Assembly (NCBI GenBank): GCA_963667785.2
Contig: CAXXMU010000006.1
Location: forward strand, 928,001-992,000
DNA: 64,000 nt
From: Alphaproteobacteria bacterium
GTDB lineage: Bacteria; Pseudomonadota; Alphaproteobacteria; UBA828
Direction: 5' to 3'
Each line of letters begins with the position of its first letter. Position 1 is the stretch's first letter. Below the pieces are notes generated by a model that made no database searches, was not told the origin of the DNA, and was given only the letters and a program-made list of their open reading frames with translations. Position numbers and translations under genes: made by a program. Positions 58,456-64,000 of the stretch are shown here, one piece after another.

Positions 58456-59097
58456 ATGGACCTGGATGTCGAACGCCTCCTCGGCGCCGTGGAGCGCAGG
58501 GTGTCGTCCCTGGAGCGCGACGGACAGGCCGCGCGCGCGGTCACCCTCGCCCGCAGCTACGCGACGACGGTGGAGGACCTCTGGGATGCCGTGACGAGCG
58601 CGGAACGAATCCCGCGCTGGTTCCTGCCGGTCAGCGGCCGCCTGGAACCCGGCGGTCGCTACCAACTGGAGGGAAACGCAGGCGGCATGATCGTGCACTG
58701 CGAGCCTCCGTCGCATCTCGGGCTGACGTGGGAGTTCGGCGGTGACGTGAGCTGGGTGGAGGCGCGTCTGTGCGACGACGGTACCGGTCGCTCGCGCCTG
58801 GCGATTGCGCATACCGCGCTGGTGTCCGACCACTGGCACACGTTCGGTCCCGGTGCCGTCGGCGTCGGTTGGGAGATGGGCTTGCTGGGGATGGAGTTGC
58901 ACCTTACGCGGCCGGACGAACCCAGGCTGGACGCGGCGACGTTCCACACGACCCGTGACGGAAGGGCGCTCATCGTCGGCAGCAGCGCGGCGTGGGGCCG
59001 GGCGGCCGAGGCAGCGGGAACGGACCCCGACGTTGCGCGCGCAGCGGCGCAGCGTACGGCGGCCTTCTACACGGGCGACGCGGTCGCGCCGGATTGA
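58456..59097 (+). CDS. SRPBCC/AHSA1-family protein
   Basis: 'LARSY..VEDLWDAVT..ERIPRWF','GGRYQL','CEPP..L.LTW','GWE'. Confidence 0.88.
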   Translation: MDLDVERLLGAVERRVSSLERDGQAARAVTLARSYATTVEDLWDAVTSAERIPRWFLPVSGRLEPGGRYQLEGNAGGMIVHCEPPSHLGLTWEFGGDVSWVEARLCDDGTGRSRLAIAHTALVSDHWHTFGPGAVGVGWEMGLLGMELHLTRPDEPRLDAATFHTTRDGRALIVGSSAAWGRAAEAAGTDPDVARAAAQRTAAFYTGDAVAPD

Positions 59098-59281
59098 TGC
59101 ACGCCTTCGACGTGCGCCGCGACGCGAGTGTTGCGCTGGAGTGGAGTTCCGGCGGCTCGATGAGCGACCGGGGGAGCGGCCGCTTCCGAGGCGTATCTGT
59201 AGAGACCACCCTGAGTTTGAGGAGTCTGTCGATGATCCGTGAGCGTATCGCCGGGATCGCTGTTGCGGGAGTCACCAACAG

Positions 59282-60241
59282 TTGACCGATCAGTCACGTT
59301 CCGATGTGGAGGGCCGCCGGGAAACGCTCGAGTTCGCCCTGCCCGAGCCCTCCGCAACCCTTGATCTCGCGATGGACGACGGCGCGCCGATACGCGTCGT
59401 GCGCCACGGCAACCCCTGCGGACCGCGCGTGGTGCTGAGCCACGGCAACGGCTTCGCCAGCGATTCCTACTTCCCATTCTGGCGGCTGATGCTGGAGCGG
59501 TTCGACCTCGCCCTCTTCGATATCCGCAACTGCGGGCGCAACCCGTTCCACGCAGCCCAGCCGCATGACTACCCGCGCTTCGCGCGCGACAACGCGGCGG
59601 TGCATGGCGCCATCGCGAAGGAATGGGGCGGGAAGACCACGATCGGTGTTTTCCACTCCATGTCGGCGATCGCGGCGCTGCTCGCGGTTGTCGACGGCGT
59701 CTGGCACTGGGATGCGCTGGTGCTGTTCGACCCGCCGGTGGTCCCGCCGGAAGGCAATCCGCTGCGCGGCCCGCTAATGACCGAGGGCGAGGTGCTGCGC
59801 GATGCTGCCCTGATCCGCCAGAACCGGTTCCCGGACCCCGGCGGACTGGCCGACGTGTTTCGTCACCTGCACCGCTTCCGCCGCCTGCGGAAAGGGGTGG
59901 CGGAACTCAACGCGCGCTCGGTGCTGCGCTTCGATCCCGCGAGCGGAGACTGGCTGCTCTGCTGTCCCGGCCCGGTCGAGGCCGGTCTCTACGTCGAGGT
60001 CGCCGGGCTGCCGATTTGGCGGGCGCCGGCCCCGCCGGCGCGCCCGCTCCTGATCGTCGGCTCCGACCCCGAGCCTGAGGACGCGCCGAAGACCGCGCCC
60101 TGCTGCAGGCTGTTCTGCGAGACTTTCGGCATCGATTACGCCTTCGTGCCCGAGACAAGCCATCTCCTGCAGCTTGAGGAGCCGGAACGCTGCTTCGCTC
60201 TGTTCAGCGGCTTCCTCGCCGATAACGGGATTGGCGCATGA
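59282..60241 (+). CDS. Alpha/beta-hydrolase, paralogue of the sup-type hydrolase at 673-1572
   Basis: Shared motifs 'HGNP.GPR','SHG.G','YFPFW','FHS','LFDPP','HLLQLE.P'. Confidence 0.85.
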   Translation: MTDQSRSDVEGRRETLEFALPEPSATLDLAMDDGAPIRVVRHGNPCGPRVVLSHGNGFASDSYFPFWRLMLERFDLALFDIRNCGRNPFHAAQPHDYPRFARDNAAVHGAIAKEWGGKTTIGVFHSMSAIAALLAVVDGVWHWDALVLFDPPVVPPEGNPLRGPLMTEGEVLRDAALIRQNRFPDPGGLADVFRHLHRFRRLRKGVAELNARSVLRFDPASGDWLLCCPGPVEAGLYVEVAGLPIWRAPAPPARPLLIVGSDPEPEDAPKTAPCCRLFCETFGIDYAFVPETSHLLQLEEPERCFALFSGFLADNGIGA

Positions 60242-60562
60242 CAGAGCGGCGCCGCGTCCGGCTCCTGGCCTGGTGATGCCTCAACCACCACCGGCACGAA
60301 CCGGCCGGTGGGACCGGCGCGCTCAGGCTCGCGAAGCAGACGCCGCCATCTGAAAATCTGGTTGGCGTTGAAGTTCTAGCACTGCGCTACCATCGGCACA
60401 GAGACCCCGGGCTCCTGGGTCTCCGCCACTATCTGACGCTTCAGCGCATCGCTCCACCGTCGCCGGCGGCGGCGACGGACCTGACCAACGCTCGCAGCGC
60501 CCGGATTCTCCTCACCAACTGACATCAGCTAAGTGTCCACCTAAATCGAAGTGGACACTTAC
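60242..60562 (-). mobile_element. IS66-family left end with broken tnpA
   Basis: End GTAAGTGTCCAC at 60562; translation 'RRRRRWSDALKRQIVAET.EPGVSV..VA..*..NANQIFRWRR...FVPVVV' with an internal stop. Confidence 0.8.
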
Positions 60563-60647
60563 GAAGCATCCACTACACGGACGCTCAGCCTGACAAAGCT
60601 CGTGCCGCCAGAACAGGCGGCCTACACCGGATGGATACGTTGAAGCT

Positions 60648-62943
60648 GCTTCAATGAGGCCGGGGCGACGAAGCCCCGGAATTGTCCACGTCGCCACTCG
60701 CTAGGACGCGGGAAAACTTGCTTCAATGAGGCCGGGCCGACGAAGCCCCGGAATTTTCCGCGTCGCCAGTACGAAATCCGCACTATCCGCCTGCTTCAAT
60801 GAGGCCGGGGCGACGAAGCCCCGGAATTCTCGCCGAAGCGACAATCGCCGATGCGCAGGCGGCGCTTCAATGAGGCCGGGGCGACGAAGCCCCGGAATTC
60901 ACGTCTACGCCATCCTGGAGTCGTGCGGCTTCCGCGTGCTTCAATGAGGCCGGGGCGACGAAGCCCCGGAATTCACGATGCAAGCCGCCTTGAACTCCGC
61001 CGGCACGCGGCTTCAATGAGGCCGGGGCGACGAAGCCCCGGAATTCAGGAAGTGAATGCGGCACTCGCGGAAACCGGCGAGCTTCAATGAGGCCGGGGCG
61101 ACGAAGCCCCGGAATTCTCCCCATGTCGCCGAGACGGCCGCGCCGTTCTCGAGGCTTCAATGAGGCCGGGGCGACGAAGCCCCGGAATTGTCGCAACAAC
61201 AGGAGGGCGTCGCAATGGCGTTCAATCGCTTCAATGAGGCCGGGGCGACGAAGCCCCGGAATTGTCGCAGGGTGAGCGATGCGCCCTGGAGGCCGTGGCG
61301 GCTTCAATGAGGCCGGGGCGACGAAGCCCCGGAATTGGCGCCTTCCTCGGCTGCGTCATCATGTGGGGCCTGAAGCTTCAATGAGGCCGGGGCGACGAAG
61401 CCCCGGAATTGCACGGCATGGAGCAGCACGACTACGCCATCCGCAGGCTTCAATGAGGCCGGGGCGACGAAGCCCCGGAATTGCCCACCTGGCCGCGTTT
61501 GGTCGCAAGCATACCGCGCTTCAATGAGGCCGGGGCGACGAAGCCCCGGAATTCCCGCCGGTCAGGCGGGCCGTCTTTTACCGCCTCCGTGCTTCAATGA
61601 GGCCGGGGCGACGAAGCCCCGGAATTCCTGCTCAAGAAGGGCGAGAAAGTCGGCCTGCACAAGCTTCAATGAGGCCGGGGCGACGAAGCCCCGGAATTGG
61701 CGATCGGCGACCCGCCATGGCTGCTGACGGATGGCTCGCTTCAATGAGGCCGGGGCGACGAAGCCCCGGAATTGTGGCGGCGTAGTACGGCCTCGCGTGC
61801 AGCAAAGCCTGGCTTCAATGAGGCCGGGGCGACGAAGCCCCGGAATTGATGACACGACCGACAACGCCTGGAAGTTCTGGGTGCTTCAATGAGGCCGGGG
61901 CGACGAAGCCCCGGAATTCGGGTCGATGCGCCAGGTATGGCCGTGGCGCTCGCCGCTTCAATGAGGCCGGGGCGACGAAGCCCCGGAATTTCGCTCAGGT
62001 TCCCGGCGGTATCGACCGCGCGGGCGCTGCTTCAATGAGGCCGGGGCGACGAAGCCCCGGAATTTGCACCCGCAAGAGCGCGTCGCCCTCGAGGCCGACC
62101 AGGCTTCAATGAGGCCGGGGCGACGAAGCCCCGGAATTGTCGCTCAAGGCGCAGTTGCACCCGCTTTATGCGCTGCTTCAATGAGGCCGGGGCGACGAAG
62201 CCCCGGAATTATTCTTCGCCTGTATCGCGTGCGGATGCCCGGATGCAGGGCTTCAATGAGGCCGGGGCGACGAAGCCCCGGAATTGCCGTCATGAGCGTC
62301 GAATTCAGCGCCGATGGATCGTTGCTTCAATGAGGCCGGGGCGACGAAGCCCCGGAATTTACGCCTCTATCATGCCGACATAGCCGACGATGATATCGCT
62401 TCAATGAGGCCGGGGCGACGAAGCCCCGGAATTAGATCGTACGGGAGCTTCGGGTTGCCGGGGTGCCTGGCTTCAATGAGGCCGGGGCGACGAAGCCCCG
62501 GAATTTGCGGCACGCGCGGCTACGTCGGTCGCCGCGAGGGTTAGCTTCAATGAGGCCGGGGCGACGAAGCCCCGGAATTTCGTGCCGATGATTAGGGTGT
62601 GCATTGCGCTATGCGCTTCAATGAGGCCGGGGCGACGAAGCCCCGGAATTCGCGGCCAGCGGCGCGGGCAACGTCACCTACATGTCCTAGCTTCAATGAG
62701 GCCGGGGCGACGAAGCCCCGGAATTCAGGATGTTGTTGGTGTGGTTCGTGGCTGCTTTCGTGCTTCAATGAGGCCGGGGCGACGAAGCCCCGGAATTAAG
62801 CGCCGCCGAGCCGAGCCGCCCGTCGCGAGGCCGCTTCAATGAGGCCGGGGCGACGAAGCCCCGGAATTGTGGTATGACCGCTCGCGTGAGAATCTCGTGC
62901 AGAGCGGGCTTCAATGAGGCCGGGGCGACGAAGCCCCGGAATT
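60648..62943 (-). CRISPR. CRISPR array, 32 repeats and 31 spacers, type I-G (I-U)-like
   Basis: 36-bp repeat AATTCCGGGGCTTCGTCGCCCCGGCCTCATTGAAGC (- strand), ~73-bp period; leader on the cas2 side. Confidence 0.97.
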
Positions 62944-63188
62944 AGCATACGTTGCAACCTCCTGTGACTTGGGCCGGAATTCGCGCGATTTCGAGCGGCT
63001 CGAACCTAACCACCTCAAGTGGGCACTCGGATCCCGAGTCGATGCCTTCACGATGTCAAAGAGCCTAACGGAATCAGCGTTCAACTGCGAATCGAGCGAC
63101 CCCTGGCCGTCCCTCGCTGCCGCACCGCTCGAAACCGCGCGGCGGCGGAGAGAGCCGACCCTCGGCACTTTGCGACCAGCGGTCGACA
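62944..63188 (-). promoter_or_regulatory. CRISPR leader
   Basis: Non-coding stretch between the cas2 stop and the first repeat. Confidence 0.7.
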
Positions 63189-63482
63189 TCATATCACGAC
63201 CGCCTGCCGCTCTATGGCGGTGAAGGTCTTGCCGATGCTCTCGACGACGAGCGCAGTCCGGTCCACTGGTCCGACGTCGATCAGCAGGACGTGATCCTCC
63301 CCCGTCTTGACGAGCTCGCGGAGCCGCGTTTCCAGCTCGGCACGGCGTCGGCGCGACAGCCGGCATTGGAAGACGGAGAGCTGAAGCCACTCTCCGAAGC
63401 CGTTCATGGTCTTGAAGACGCGACGCCAGCGCCGGGCGTCGGCGATGTCGTAGGTGACGATATAGGTCCGTTCATCCTTCAT
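63189..63482 (-). CDS. cas2: CRISPR-associated endoribonuclease Cas2
   Basis: 'YIVTYDIAD.RRWRRV...GFGEWLQLSVFQC'. Confidence 0.95.
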   Translation of the reverse strand: MKDERTYIVTYDIADARRWRRVFKTMNGFGEWLQLSVFQCRLSRRRRAELETRLRELVKTGEDHVLLIDVGPVDRTALVVESIGKTFTAIERQAVVI

Positions 63483-63490
63483 CGCGCGCC

Positions 63491-64000
63491 TCACCGTGGA
63501 AGATAGTGGGGGTAAGCCGGCAGTTCGCCCAGCAGATGTCGGCTCAGCAGTCGCGCTTGCGTGACCAGTAGCCGACGCATGCTCAGTCGATAGCCGAACA
63601 GCGGGTGCGTGGCCTCCTGCGAGAGCCGGCGCTCGAAGGCGGTGACGAATCGGCGGCGGCCGGCCGCGCTGAGGGCGGTGCCGGTGGCGCCGGAGACGAA
63701 ATCAGCCGCCGAAACCTCGCCGGTATTGACCACCGTGAGCACCACCGAATCGGCGATCACCGGCCTGAAGGGCTCCATCAAGTCGAGTGCAAGCGCCGGC
63801 CTGCCGTGACGCGGCGTGTGAAACAGGCCGCGGTAGGGGTCAAGCCCGACCGAGGCGAGCGCAACGGTCAGATGTCGGGTCAGCATCGCGTAGGCGAGCG
63901 ACAGCATTGCGTTCACCGGGTCGGTCGGCGGTCGGCGGTTGCGCGCCTCGAAGCGGAACGGCGCCATATCCCCGGCCTCGTCCTTGTCCGCCGCTGGCGG
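63491..64000 (-). CDS. cas1: Cas1, C-terminal part; runs off the window end
   Basis: 'RNRRPPTDPVNAMLSLAY','GLDPY.G..H','ALALDLMEPFRP.IADS'. Confidence 0.95.
   Translation of the reverse strand, partial: PPAADKDEAGDMAPFRFEARNRRPPTDPVNAMLSLAYAMLTRHLTVALASVGLDPYRGLFHTPRHGRPALALDLMEPFRPVIADSVVLTVVNTGEVSAADFVSGATGTALSAAGRRRFVTAFERRLSQEATHPLFGYRLSMRRLLVTQARLLSRHLLGELPAYPHYLPR

Noticed and set aside
60684-62907. Self-targeting spacers against the islands, and ORFs within the array
   Set aside because: No match seen by eye (a short-word BLAST of the 31 spacers against the window would decide); the ORFs are repeat artefacts

Overview
GC-rich bacterial chromosomal window, probably from a sponge symbiont (inference from the sup-type PKS locus). 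0.3-12 kb: sup-type locus with a free ACP, an alpha/beta-hydrolase and a 3453-aa SupA-like PKS (KS-AT-DH-MT-ER-KR-ACP-KS-AT). About 12.3-25.5 kb: a decayed tyrosine-integrase island region (P4-like integrase, AlpA, a second integrase). It carries an N6-MTase/nuclease pair and an unusual three-gene nucleotide operon: an exonuclease-DUF429-kinase fusion, a PurZ0-like adenylosuccinate-synthetase paralogue, and a membrane-anchored, apparently deaminase-dead dCTP-deaminase/dUTPase-fold protein. 25.57-57.86 kb: a ~32.3-kb mobilisable element with both att junctions readable, inserted into a tRNA-Met 3' fragment. It encodes a frameshifted serine recombinase, a Phd-VapC TA pair, a kinase-pseudokinase, a MOBF relaxase with candidate oriT, PD-(D/E)xK nucleases and a DISARM-like helicase/SNF2/MTase + Septu-like + HNH defence operon, and it contains a solitary copy of the host CRISPR repeat. 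58-64 kb: SRPBCC protein, a second sup-type hydrolase, IS66 remnants, a 32-repeat type I-G-like CRISPR array, cas2 and partial cas1. The best candidate for an undescribed system is the PurZ0-like operon (15387-19756), hypothesised to be an anti-phage system based on a 2-aminoadenine-type nucleotide. All family calls come from motif recognition by eye; no database searches were run.
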